The notes under the pieces: generated by a model
The model's input: the letters and a program-made list of their open reading frames with translations, nothing else
Database searches by the model: none
What the model was told of the DNA's origin: nothing
Part shown: one piece after another, positions 12,387 to 26,439 of the stretch
Layout: each line of letters starts with the position of its first letter
How positions within the stretch are numbered: the first letter of the stretch is position 1
Program-made: the position numbers and the translations under genes
Origin: the human T2T-CHM13v2.0 reference genome, Homo sapiens
Assembly: GCF_009914755.1 (NCBI RefSeq)
Contig: NC_060927.1
Length of the DNA stretch: 64,000 bases
Direction: 5' to 3' (one strand)

Positions 12387-14589
12387 CTGTTGTCTAAAAC
12401 ATTCAAAGGCCCATTGGCAGCTTATTGTTAATAAGCTTTTTGAACAGGTGTTTTCGTCTATGACACTGAAAAATAAACCAGTGGAAGAAACAATTTCATG
12501 GATAGCCATCTGTGTAAGGGGATCCAAGAAGACTAGGAATGGCTGTGTTTATGAGAAGCTAATTTTTTTCTCCTCCCCCAGCCTCAATTGCCTCCAAAGA
12601 TCATAGTTTCAGGACCAATTCTTTTTATTCAGACAAAACTGACAATCCTTCCTTTAGAGACTTCAGACAGGTACTAATCTTAGCAGACTCTAAGAATAGA
12701 CATAGGTTGAGACATACCCTGTTTTTACAACTAGATTCCCATCCAACTTAAGAAGTTGGATGCTTCTCCTTAAGCTTAAAATCATTTAACAGATTACGGA
12801 GTCCCTTTTGACTTTTTAGTTTCAGCTGGCAGCTCCAGCAAAAAGATGCTCACGATGAATAATTTGAGAATTCACAATGAACTAAGCAATTTCTAATTCT
12901 GTGCATGACAGCCATTCAGATCTAGCCACCCCAGGCCAAATCTTGTCTGCAGGTTTGCCTGCAAGGTTTCCTACCAAGGCCATAAGGACTGTATGAGCAC
13001 AGCTGAGGACAGGGTTTGCCCAAAATCTGTGTTTTAACTTGATATCTGTGTCATAATTTTTATCTGGAATTGACTCTAAAGGGTCAGAAATGAGTATCCA
13101 AAGATGAGATCTGAGTAAACAAAAGCTGGACACAGAGATGTGCTTTTATCTCTCTCAGTTCAAAGAAAACAAGATCTGCCCAAACCCTGCCACAGTGGTT
13201 ATGCTTATCACCACAATCAATGCTGGGTTATCACATGTAATAGAAAACTTAATTAGACTCAATTTGAGTTTAGAATGTTCCCATCCTTTGACTTCTAGTT
13301 AGATTTTCTCCCCCTAGTTCAGAAATGTGAAGTTAGGATTTTGTACTAGAAATTAAGAAATGTGATTTAGTTAATAGGAGAGAAGAAAAATCTTTAAAAT
13401 TTATTAACTGGAGTGAGTTCAAATAAAACAAAGCTAACCAAATTTTTTATCTGTTGAATTAATACAAGTCACAAAATTGAACGTGATTTCAATAGGTCCT
13501 GTTTACTTCCTAATTGTATTTAACTAATATAATGATCATCAATACTTCTTAACAGCCAATGGTTTAGATACGGTGGCATACTCTAAGGTTTCTTGTCATT
13601 ATCCCTATTGCACAGTTAAAGCAAAAGAAATAAAGGGCCAGATGTTCCTGGGAAGGTATTTTTTGTTAATATAAGTTATTTCCATTTTTGATTTGGACAT
13701 ATTTGTTTGAAATACTAACAACTTTTAATCAGTGTGCAAAATGTAACCATTACATTTTACAGTATTTTTTAAAATGTGGCAATAGTTTCTTTAGTAAATG
13801 CTATGGACAATTATATTAATCTATGATTACACCTAATTAAATAAAATCAAAATAATGTGCATATGGGTTTTGGGATGCAAATTCCAAAAGCTTCAGGAAT
13901 AAAGTATACTTGGAAAAAAATGTAGAGTGAAGACATGATGGCACACAAACCCACAGGAATAATTTAAAGTACATTTCAGACACACTTCCTTTCTAAGTCA
14001 CTTGAGATATACTGTTTTCATACCACTGGGGCCCTGGGGGAGCTCAAGGGAACACCAAACCACATTCATTATTTCTTGCCAGGAAATAGTTCTGCAGATT
14101 TTTTGTTTGTGGCTACATCCCTTCCTTCCTCAATAGCTGGATTTGTGGGTGGCACACATCAGGTCTGTTTGTTTCCAAAGAGGAATCTGGACCCCCTAAA
14201 GTGTCACAATGCCTCCTGACTCTGTGGGGGGTCCCTGGCTCCTGTGGATGCCACTTTCTCTTTTTCCACTGTTCTGCTCAGAGAATTGAAGCATTGGGAT
14301 AAAGTTGGGATTGGCCGTGTGTGGAATGGGAGAAGTACCTGAGAACACAGACCTGGCATCTGTGGAGACCACCAGTTTGACAAGACTAATTTTGAAGAGA
14401 AAAGGAGCAATCATTTCCTCCCTGCAGTTCCAATAGCTGAAATCCTTCACACATCTGTTATTCTGGGTTTTGGATAGAGGAAGAACAAAAGAGAAGTGGG
14501 AAACTCTGCAGTGGTTTGGCTGCTTAGATGTAGGCAAAGCACAAGGAAAGCCACCAAGAGGAGAACAAAAGTCTCATCTCCATGTATCT

Positions 14590-15015
14590 GTACCGTTCAG
14601 CATGGGCTGCTTTATGCTGTTGTGCTACCTCACCCAGTACCATAAAGGTTTACTTCTCATTCACGCAATAATCCTCTGCAGTTCAGGATACTCTCCAGGG
14701 CAACTGTCCCTGCCATGGAAACTCCACAAAACTCAGGCTTTCAGAGGCTGCCCTGACCTCTACTCCTACCCCCCACCACCCCCCCAACACATTGCACGAT
14801 CCGAAACACACGGCCCCTTTGGCAGTTGTGGCAGTGGGAGACAGCAGGAAATCCCATACGAGTGATGGGAACTAATGGGGACTACAAAAGATATGTCATT
14901 CCTGCTTGCATTTTGCTGGCCATCTCTAGTCACTTCTAGGCAATGCCTGATCTCAAGGAACAGAGGAATCATAGTCCCTGTATATCTGGAAGTGGAGGAG
15001 AACTAGATATTTACA
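14590..15015 (-). mobile_element. Old MLT1-type LTR fragment
   Basis: 'aaaggtttacttctcattcac', 'ctagtcac...gcctgatctcaagg...tagtccctgtatatctggaag' resemble antisense MLT1. Confidence 0.45.
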
Positions 15016-15069
15016 GCCCTTATCTTCTGAACTCCTAAAATTAAGTTCTAGTTCTAAGTAGCCTCAGCT

Positions 15070-18000
15070 TTCCAGCTTTCCAAGAGCTAAGGAAGCCAGG
15101 TGATTGATTAAAGGACTTGGATATAGCACAGAAATAACAAAAGCATTGAAAAGGGTAGAAAGGAGAGTTTTGCTTTATCCGTGTCACCCCTCCCACAGAT
15201 CAGAGAGAGATACCCTTCTAACTGGGGGGAGAAGAGTGACGTCAGCATGGAACATTGCCTCAGACTCCAGCAAGGGGCACACCCCAGTAAGACCCAGCAC
15301 CAGTCAGGACACCACAACCCGTCTCCAGGCCAGTCCCACTCCAGGCCAGTGGGCTCCAGTCTCCAGCCCACTCCATTACCAGTTCAGCCCCCTCAGACTC
15401 AGTCTCAGAGCCTGACCCATGATTAGGCTAGTCCCAGTGGCACCAGGCCCTAGGCCACCTCCTGAAAACTCAGGCTGTAGACCTGCTCAGGACTGCAGGC
15501 CCACCCTACCAAAAGGCAGGCACCAACAGCCCCAGGCTGCAAACCACCCCCCAGCAGCAGGCCAGCCCCTATCTACCCAGCTCTAGGCTTCCCCCTTAGC
15601 TCCAGACTCTAGGCAAGGACTCACCAACCGAGTCTTTAGACCCTTCCCAACATTATGCTAGTACCCATAATCCTAGCTCCACACTAACCCCTACTGACAA
15701 AGAACCCAGTCCAACTGAATATCAGGACAGCCTCCATAGCCCAGGCCAACACCTCTGTGAACCCAGGACTTAGGCTTGTCCCTACAGATTCAGGCTCTAG
15801 GCCCACTCCCCACTCTCCCACCCAACAGGCCATCCCCCATGGATTCAGGCTTCAGGCCAATCTCACTGCCAGGCCAGCCCCTGAAGATTCAGGCTCTAGG
15901 TCAGTTCCTGCTGATACGAGATCCAGGCCCACCCCTGTGGACCCAAGATCTAGGACCCCTCTTGGGACCCAGTTAACAGGCCCATCCCAGTGGACCCTAG
16001 TGCCATATTGTCCCATGAAGACCTAGGACCCAAGCTTGCCCCCATAGACTCAGGCTTCAGGATCACCTTTATGGACCTAGACTCTAGGCTCAACCCTGTG
16101 AACCCAGTCAACAAGTTCACCCTGGTGGATAATCCTGGTGCCAGACTAGCCTCTGTGGACCCAGAATCCAGGCTTAATCTCACATATCCAAGGGCCAGGA
16201 CCACCCACCTGCTGACCCAGGCATCAGGACAGCCTGGCCAAGGGCTACAACAGAAAGCCTTCCTGGGGACCATGCTAGAAAGCCTGCCCAGAATCTCTGG
16301 ACAGACTGATTGGTGAAGAGCTTTTTCTGCCAAATCCAGTCTTTAAAGACTGCAATAAATTCCTAATTCTTCAAATGCACAGACAGCAATGCAGGGCCAC
16401 AAGGATTATGAACAATCAGGGAAACATGACACCATCAAAGAAAGAAAATAAAGCACCTGTGGCCAGCCCTAATTAAATCAATATTAACTATCTGACAAAG
16501 AATTCAAAATAATCATTTTGAAGAAGTTCAATGAGCTACAAGAGGACAATTAATTGAAATCATGAACAATACATAAATAAACTGGGAAGTTCAACAAATA
16601 GATAGAAAACATAAAAAAACAAGAAGGAATTCTGGTTTGAGCTAAAGAACACAATGACTAACTTTAAAAACTTCATAGAGAGATTCAACAGCAGACTCAA
16701 TCAAGCAGAAGAAATAGTCAATGAGCTTAAGACAGTTCATTCAAAATTACCCAGTGTCAGGAACAATAAGAAAAGACAATGTAAATGAGTGAATAAAGTT
16801 TATAGGAATTATGGGACACCATCAAGTTAACCAATTTATGCAATATGAGAATCCAAGAAGAAACAGATAAAGAAAGAAACAGGAGCAGAAAGTTTATTTA
16901 AAGACATAATCAGAGAAAGCTTTCCAAATCTGGAGAAGAAAATGAACATTCAAATCCATAAGTTCTCAGAGCACCAAATAGATTAAATATAAAGAGATCT
17001 TGTCCAAGACACATTATAATAAAATTTTCGAAGGTCAAAGACAAAAAAAAAAAGAATTGTGAAAGCAGCAAGAGAAAACCAACTTGAAACATAAAATAGA
17101 AACACTTGAAGACAAACAGCAGATTTTTCAGCAGCAATCTTGCAGTACAGGAGAGAGTGGGATAATAAATTTAATATTCTGAAGGAGAAATCTGCCAATC
17201 AAGAATAATATGCCTGGCAAGACCATCCTTCAGAAATGAAGGAGAGATAAGGACTTTCCCAGACAAACAAAAGCTGTGGGAGTTTATCACTGCTAAAACT
17301 GTCTTCAAGAATGCTACAGGAAGTTCTTTGAGTTGACATGAAAGTATACTGACTAGAAACATGAAAACATATGAAACTAGAAAACTCATTGTAAAGGCAA
17401 GAATATGGTAAAATTCAGAATACTTTAATGATAGTGCATAAATCACTTCTGACTCTAGAATAAAAGTTAAAAGACAATAGTATTAAAATGATGATGATAC
17501 TTTCTTAATGGATACACAATATATAAAATATGTACATGTTGATATTAATAACATAAAATGTGGGGATAAGAAGTAACAGTGCAGTGTTTTCTATGGGATC
17601 AAAATTAACTTATTATCAGCTTAAAATTGGATGTTATAAAGTGTTAGCCTCATGGTATCCACAAAGAAAAGTCCTGTACTAGGTTCACAAAAGATCAAAG
17701 CTCCCTACTTCAGAAAATAATTAAATCACAAAAGAAGACAGCAAGAAAGGAAGAACAATAAAATCAGAAAACAACAAAATGGCATCCTAAGTCCTTAGCT
17801 ATGAATGATCACACTAATTGTAAATGTATTAAATTTTCCAATCAAAAGACATAGCATGGTTGAATGGATACAGAAAGAAGATCTGACTACATGCTGTGTA
17901 CAAGAGGCTCACTTCAGCTTTCACATATCTACTAAAAGGTAAGAGATGGAAAATAATAATCCATAAAAATAGAAACCAAAAAAGGCAAAGGTACCTATTC

Positions 18001-18312
18001 TTATACCAGAAAAAAATAGACATTGAGTCAAAAAGTGTAAAACAAAACAAAGAAAGTTATCATATAATGATAAAAGGGTCAATTCATCAAGAGGATATAA
18101 CAAATGTAAATATATATGCACCCAACATTGAAGCACCTAAATATATAAAGCAAATATTGACAGAACTAAAAGAAGGAATAGACAAAAATACAATAATGGC
18201 AGGGAGCTTTAATATCCCATATTCAACAATGGATAGATCATCCAGACAGAAAATCAATAAGGAAACAGCAAACTTGAATAACGGATGACCAATGGACATA
18301 TAAGATATATAC
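15070..18312 (+). mobile_element. Outer L1 (L1MA8/9-like): 5' UTR, decayed ORF1, start of ORF2
   Basis: C-rich repeated 5' UTR; ORF1-like 'ggaaacatgacaccatcaaag' near 16420; ORF2 endonuclease peptide 'IMIKGSIHQEDITNVNIYAPNIEAPKYIKQILTELK' (ORF 17896-18288). Confidence 0.9.
15280..16250 (+). repeat. Degenerate ~25-30 bp tandem array within the L1 5' UTR
   Basis: Recurring 'caggct(c/t)(c/t)aggcc(c)acccc(a/t)gtggaccca'-like units. Confidence 0.75.
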
Positions 18313-21300
18313 GGGAAGAGATGCAGAGCAAGATGGTGGAATAGAAAGCTCCACTGATTGTCCCTTCCCCCTCCCACCTGCCCTGCAAGGACATAAAGTT
18401 AACAACAATCTACACAGAAAAAAAAAAAAAAAAAACACCTTCATAAGAACCAAAAGTCAGGTGAGCACTCATAGTACCTGGTTTGAACTTCATATTGCTG
18501 AAAGAGGCACTGAAGAGATAGAAAAAACTGTTCTGAAACACCAATACCACCCCTCCCTAACCCCCAACAGTGGTGCTGTGGTTCAGAGAGTATCTCTGGG
18601 TTCTGAGGAGGAAGAACAGAGCAATTGTGAGGCATGGACCTCAGTGCCGTTCTGTTAGAACAGAAAAGAAAACAAGACCAAATTCAGCTATACTTATACC
18701 AGAGAAAATAGATTTCAGGACAAAAACTATAGGAAGAGACAAAAAGTCTTGCTATACAATAATAAAGGGGTCAATTCAGCAAGGAGATATAACAATGTTA
18801 AATATACATGCACCCAACACTGGAGTACCCAGATATATAAAGGAAATATTAGAGCTAAAGAGAGAGATAGACCTCAACTCTATAATAACTGGAGACTTCA
18901 ATACCTCACTTTCAGCATTGAACAGATCTTCTAGATAGAAAATCAACAAAGAAACATCAGGCTTAATCTGCACCATAGACCAAATGGATCTAATAGATAT
19001 TTACAGAATATTTCATCCAAGACCTGCAGAATACATTATTTTCCCTAGCATATGTATCATTCTCAAGGATAGATCACACATTAGGTCATAAAACAAGTTT
19101 GAAAACATTTAAAAAATTGACATAATATCAAGCATCTTATCTGACCAAAATGAAATAAAACTAACAATTAATAACAAGAGTAATTTTGGAAGCTATACAA
19201 ATACACGGAAATTAAACAATATGCTTCTGAATGACCAGTGGGTCAATAAAGAAATTAAGAAGGAAATTGAAAAATATTTTTAAACAAATGATAATGGAAG
19301 CACAACACACCAAAACCTATGGGATAGAGCAAAAACAATACTAAGAGGAAATATTATAGCTATAAATGTCTACATAGAAAAAGAAGAAACACTCCAAATA
19401 AACAATCTAACAACATATCGTATAAAACTAGAAAAGAAAGAGCAAACCACACCTAAAATTAGTAGAAGAAAAATAATAATAATAAAGCAGAAACAAATGA
19501 AACTGAAATTAAAAATACCAAAGATCAATAAAACAAAAAGTTGAATTTTTGAAAAGGTAAACATAATTGACAAACTTTTAGCCAGACTAAGAGAAAAGGG
19601 AGAAGATCCAAATAAATAAAATCACAGATGAGAAAGGAAACATTACAACAGATACTACAGAAATTCAAATGATCATTAGTGACTGTTATGAGCAACTATA
19701 TGCCAATAAATTAGGAAATCTAGAAAAAAAAGTATGAATTCCTAGATATATGCAATATAACAAGCTTGAACCAGGAAAAAAATCCAAAACCTGAACAAAC
19801 CAATGACAAGTAATGAGATTGAAGCTGTAATAAAAAGTCTTCTAGTAAAGAAAAGCCTGGGACCTGATGGCTTCACTGATGAATTCTACTAAACATTTAA
19901 AGAAGAACTCATACCAATTATACTCAAACTATTGTGAAAAACAGAGAGGAGGGATACTTCTGAACTCATTCTATGATGGCAGTTTTACCCTGATACCAAA
20001 ACGAGACAAAGACACATCAAAAAGGACAACTATGGGTCGATATTTCTGATTAATATTGATGCAAAAAAATCCTCAACAAAATACTAGCAAACCTGAATTG
20101 AACAATACTTTAGAAAGAGTATTCATCACAACCACGTGAGATATATCCCTGGGATGTAAGGATGATTCAACATAAGCAAATCAATCAATGTGATGCCTCA
20201 TATTCACAGAAAGAAGGATTAAAAACCATATGATCATTTCAGTTGATGCTAAAAAGCATTTGATAAGATTTAACATCCCTTTATTTTAAAAACCCTAAAA
20301 AAAACTTGGAATTGAATAACATACATCAACATAATAAAGGCCATATATGACAGACCCACAGCTAGTATCATACTGAATGGAGAAAAACTGAAAGCTTTTT
20401 CTCTAACATCAGGAACATGACAAAGATGCCCACTGTCACCACTGTTATTTAGCATAGTACTGGAAGCCCTAGTTAGAGTAATCAGAGTAGAGAAAAATAT
20501 AAAGACATCCAAATTGGAAAGGAATAATTCATATTATCCTTGTTTGCCAATGATATAATCTTATATTTGGAAAAACCTAAAGACTCCACAAGAAAACCAT
20601 TTGAACAGATAACTAAATTCAGTAAAGTTGTAGGATACAAATCAACATAAAAATCAGTAGCATTTCTATATACCAACAGTCAACAATGTGAAAAAGACAT
20701 AAAAACCTAATTCCATTTACAATGGCCACAAATAAAATTAAATACCTAGAAATTAACTTAACCAAAGAAATAAAAGATGTCTATAATGAAAACTATAAAA
20801 CACTGTTAAAAGAAATTGAAGAGGACCCAAAAAATGGGAGAGTATTCCATATTCATGGATTGGAAGAATCAGTATTGTTATAATGCCCATACTATCCTAT
20901 GGAATCTCTATCAAAATACCAATGACATTCTTCATAGAAATTAAAAAAAAACTAAAATTTATATGGAACCACAAAAGACCCAGAATAGCCAAGGCTATCC
21001 TAAGCAAAAAGAACAAAACTGGAGGAAACACATTACCTGACTTTATCAATCCATGCCCACACTGCGAATAAAGATATATTCAAGACTGGGTAATTTATAA
21101 AGGAAAGAAGTTTAATTGACTCACAGTTCACCATGGCTGGGGAGGCCTCAGAAAACTTACAATCATTGCAAAAGGGGAAGCAAACATGGCCTTCTTCACA
21201 TGGCAGCAGCAAGGAGAAGTATAAGCCAAGGGGGAAAAAGCCCCTTATAAAACCATCAGATCTCATGAGAACTCACTCAGTATCACAAGGACAGCATGAG

Positions 21301-23013
21301 GGTAAGTGCCCTCATGATTCAATTACCTCCACCACGTCCATCCCATGACACATGGGGATTATGGGAACTACAATTTAACATGAGATTTGGGTGGGGACAA
21401 AGGCAAACTATATAACTAACTTCAATTTATACTACAGAGCTATAGTAACCCAACAACATGGTACTAGCACAAAACAGACACATAGACCAATGGGAACAGA
21501 ATAGAGAAACCAGAATCAAATCCATACACCTACAGTGAACTCATTTTTGACAAAGGTATCAAGAACATACACTGGGGAAAAGAAAATGTCTTCAATAAAT
21601 GATACTGGGAAAACTGAATATCCATATGCAGAAGAATGAAACCAGAGCCCTGTCTCTTGCCATATACAAAAATCAAATCAAAATGGATTAAAGATTTAAG
21701 TCTAAGGCATCAAACCATGAAATTCCTACAAGAAAATGATGGAGAAAAATCTCCAGGACATTGGTGTGGGTGAAAATTTCTTGAGCAATACCCCACAAGC
21801 ACAGGCAACCAAAGCAAACACGGACAAATGGGATCACATCAAAAAGCTGCTGCATAGCAAAGGATACAATCAACAAAGTGAAGAGGCAATCCAAGAATTG
21901 GAGAAAATATTTGGAAACTACTCATCTGATAAGGGATTAATAACCAGAATATATAAGGAGATCAAACATCTCTGCAGGAAAATATCTAATAATTCGATCA
22001 AAAAATGGGAAAAAAAATTAAGTAGACATTTTTTCAAAAGAAAACAAACAAATGGAAATCACACTTATGAAAAGGTGCTCAACATCACTGACCATCAGAG
22101 AAATGAAAATCAAAGCTACGATGGGATATCATCTCACCCAGTTAAAAGAGCTTATATTCAAAACATAGGCAATAACAAATGCTGGGGAGGATGTGGAGAA
22201 GAGGGAAACCTTGTACACTGTTGGTGGGGATGTAAATTAGTACAACAATTGTGGAGAAGAGTTTGGAGGCTTCTTAAAACACTAAAAATTGAGCTACCAT
22301 GTGATTCAGCAATCACGCTGCTGGTTGTATACCCAAAATATAGGAAATCAGTATATCAAAGAGATGTCTGCACTCCTATGTTTGTTTAGGAGTGCAGTAA
22401 AGCTAAGATTTGGAAGCTATTACAAATAGCTAAGATTTGGAAGCAAGCTAAGTGTCCGTTAACAAGTAGATAAAGAAAATGTGGTACATATATACAATGA
22501 AGTACTATTCAGACATAAGAAAGAATGAGATGCAGTCATTTGCAACACAGATGAAACTGGAGCTCATTATGTTTAGAGAAATAAACCAAGCACAGAAAGA
22601 CAAACATTGCGTGTTCTCACTTATTTGTGAGATCTAAAAATAAAAAAAAAATGAACTCATGAACACATAGAGTAGAAGGATGGTTACTAAAGGCTATGAA
22701 AGGTTTGGGGGGCTGGAGAGTAGGTAGGGATGGTTAATAGGTACAAAAAAATAGAAAGAATGAATGAGACTGAATAAGAATGAATGAATTTGATAGCACA
22801 ACAGGGTGACTATAGTCCATAATAACTGTGTATTTTAAAATAACTTAAAGTCAGTAATTGGATTGTTTGCAACTCAGTGGATAAATGCTTGAGGGAATGG
22901 ATATGCATTCTTCATGATGTGCTTATTTCATATTGCTTGCCTGTATCAAAACATCTCATGTACCCTGTAAATATACATACTACTATGTACCCACAAAAAT
23001 TTTAAAAATTTAA
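18313..23013 (+). mobile_element. Inner L1 (L1MA1/L1MA2-like): 5' terminus joined directly to ORF2, ORF1 missing
   Basis: 5' start 'gagcaagatggtggaatagaaagctccac'; ORF2 from ~18686; 3' end 'tactatgtacccacaaaaatt'; 11 bp TSD aagatatatac (18302-18312) / aagacatatac (23014-23024). Confidence 0.9.
21042..21415 (-). mobile_element. THE1 (THE1C-like) MaLR solo LTR
   Basis: 'agactgggtaatttataaaggaaagaagtttaattgactcacagttc...aaaccatcagatctcatgagaactcact...gagatttgggtggggaca'; TSD ctgac/ctaac; splits ORF2 sequence 'cacattacctgac|ttcaa'. Confidence 0.93.
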
Positions 23014-23409
23014 AAGACATATACAGAACATTCCTTTTAAAAGCAGTACAATATACGTTCTTTTCAATTGCACTCAGAACATTCTCTAGCATAGATTATT
23101 TTAGGCCACAGAAGAAGTCTTAACAAATTCAAGAAGATTCGAATCATAGCAAGTATCTCTTCTGACCACAATGCTGTTAAACTAGAAATAAGTAACAGAA
23201 AGAAAAATTAGAAATACACAAATATGTGGAAATTAAACAACACACTTTGGAAGAGCCAATGGGTTAAAGAAGAAATCAAAACGGAAATCAAAAGATATGT
23301 TGAGACAAAGAAAAATGGAAACACAATATACCAAGACTTATGAGACACAACAAAAATCACTTTTAAGACGGAAATTTATAGCCATAAGTTCCTACATTAA
23401 GAAAGAATA

Positions 23410-23710
<301 letters not shown>

Positions 23711-26248
23711 TCAAATAAGCAACCTAACTTTATACCTCAAGGAACTAGAAAAAGAAAAACAATCTAAGCCCAAAGTCATCAGAAAGATGGAAATAATAAA
23801 AATTATTATTAGCAAAACAGAGACTAGGAAAACAATAAAAAATATCAAGGAGACTGAAGAGTTAATATTTTGGCAAAATAAACAAAACTGACAAACCTAA
23901 GGAAAAAAGAGAGAAGACACATATAATTAAAATTACATATAAATTAGGATACATTACAACTGATGCTACAAAAAAAAATTATAAGACTACTCTGAACAAT
24001 TATACATCAACAAATTGGATAACCCAGAAAAATGGATAAATTCCTAGAAACATACAACCCACTAAGGCTGAGTCATAAAGAAATAGAAAATCTGAACAGA
24101 CCAATAACAAGTAAAGAGACTAAATCAGTAATCAAAAACCTCCCAACGAAAAGTTCAGTGATTGATGGCTTCCCTGGTAATTTCTACCAAACATTTAAAA
24201 AAGAATTCATGCCAATCCTTCTCAAACTCTTCTAAAATATTGAAGTGGTGAGAACACTTCCAAACTCATCTTACAAGTCTAGCATTACTCTGATATCAAA
24301 GCCAGACAAAGACATTATAAGAAAAGAAAATTACAGGTCAATGTTTCAGATAAAGATATATGCAAAAATCCTTAAAAAACACTGGCAAACTGAATTTAAT
24401 AGCCCATAAAAAGGATTACATATCATGATTAAATGAAATGTATATTTTGTTTGGGGGGGATGCAAAGATAGCTCAACATATGCAACTCAATAAATGTAAC
24501 ACACTACATTGATAAAACGAATGATAAAAATCATATGCTCATCCCAAGAGATGTAGAGAAAGCATTTGATAAAATTCAACATCTTTTCACTATAAAAACT
24601 CTTCAACGAATTAGGTATAGAAGGAATATACCTCCACATAATAAGAGCCATTTATAACAAGCCCACATTTAACATTATACTAAATGGTGAAAAGCAGAAA
24701 GCTTTTATTCTAAAATCAGGAACAAGATGGATGCCCACTCTCATCACTTCTATTCAATATAGTATGGTAGTGCTAGTTACCACAATTATATTTAAAAAAA
24801 TAAACACAAGCCATCCAAATTGGACAAGAAAAAAGTAAAATTGTCTCTGTTTGCAGATGATGTAATCTTATATATGGAAAATTCCAAAGACTCCATCCAA
24901 AAACTTTCAGAACTGATAAATTCAGTAAAGGCGAAGGATACTAAATCAACATACAAAAGTCAGTAGATTTGTATACATTAACAACAAACCATTTGCAAAA
25001 TAATTTAAGAAAACAATTCCATTTACAATAGCTTTAAAATATGTGTAAAATATGTAGAAATAGAGGTAAAATACCTGTACACTGAAGACCATAAAACATT
25101 GATAAAATTGAAGACAAAAAAAATGGAAAGGTATCCCAAATTCATGAATTGGAGGAATTCATATTGTTAAAATGTTCATACTACCCAAAGTGATCCAGAT
25201 TCAATGCAATCAAAATTCCAATAACATTTTTCACAGAAACAGAAAACAATCCTTTATATGGAATCACAAGAGACTCTGCATAACCAAGGCAGTCTGGAGC
25301 AAAAAGAGCAAATCTGGAAACATCACACTACCTGGTTTTAAAAAATACTTCAAAGCTATAATAATCAAAGCAGCATGGTACTGGAATAAAAAGAGGTACA
25401 TGAAACAATTTAATTGAATGGCAAAGCCAGAAATAAATCTACACAATTACAGTTAACTGATCTTTGACAAGGTGCCAGGAACATGCAATGAAGAAAGAAC
25501 AATCTCTTCAATAAATGGTGTTGGGAACACTAAATATCCACAAGCAAAAAAAAATTGAAATTGGACCCTCATCTCATGCCATGTACAAAAATCAACTCAA
25601 AATGGATTAAAGACTTAAACATAAGACCTGAAACTGTAAAACTATTAGAAGACAACATAGGGGGAAATCACCGTGACATTGGTCTGGGCAATGATATTTT
25701 TGGGTATGACTTCAAAAGCTCAGGCAGCAAAAGCAAAAATAGACAAAAGGGATTTTATTCAACTAAAAAGCTTCTTTACAGCAAAGGAGACAATCTACAG
25801 AGTGAAAAGGCAGCCCATGAAATGGAAGAAAATATTTGCACAGCATTCTTCTGATCAGGGATTAATTTCCAAAATTTATAAGGAACTCAAACAATTCAAT
25901 AGCAAGAAAATGATAAGGTTAAAAAATAGGCAAAGGACTTGAATAAACATTTCTCAAAAGAAGACGTAGAAATGGCCAACAGTTATATTTTTAAAATCCT
26001 CAACATCACTCATCAAAAGTACAGTGAGATATCACCTCACGCCTCTTAGAATGGCTGCTACCAAAAAAGACAAAATATAAGCATTAACAAGGATGCAAAG
26101 ATAGAGGAACCCTTGCACACTTGTTGGTGGGAATGTAAATTAAGTCATTAGGGAAAACAATATTAACATTCCTCAAAAAAATAAAAACTGAACTACCATG
26201 TGATTCAGCAACCCCACTTTTGGGTATGTGTATATATATTCCCCATAA

Positions 26249-26439
26249 CCAAGACATGGAATCAACCTATGTGTGTTAATCTACAGATGAATGAATAAAA
26301 AAAAGTGATACACACACACACACACACACACACACGCAATGGCCAAGACATGGAATCGAACCATGTGTGTTAATCTACAGATGAATGGATAAAGAAAATG
26401 TGATACACACACACACATACACACACACACACACAATGG
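26249..26439. repeat. ~94 bp tandem duplication, each unit containing a (CA)n microsatellite
   Basis: ccaagacatggaatc...gtgttaatctacagatgaatg...(ca)n caatgg occurs at 26249-26342 and 26343-26439. Confidence 0.92.

Noticed and set aside
15280-16250. Repeat array that could suggest a CRISPR-like or repeat-protein locus
   Set aside because: Units are degenerate with no unique spacers and lie in an L1 5' UTR of a primate genome.
18418-18436. Poly(A) run suggesting a separate retro-insertion or processed pseudogene tail
   Set aside because: It lies inside colinear L1 5' UTR sequence with no TSD; a homopolymer expansion.
21736-22389. Longest ORF (217 aa) and other L1-like ORFs (5827-6306, 17896-18288, 18570-18938, 24032-24235, 25555-25942)
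   Set aside because: Frameshifted fragments of L1 ORF2 in dead elements; not host genes and not retrotransposition-competent.
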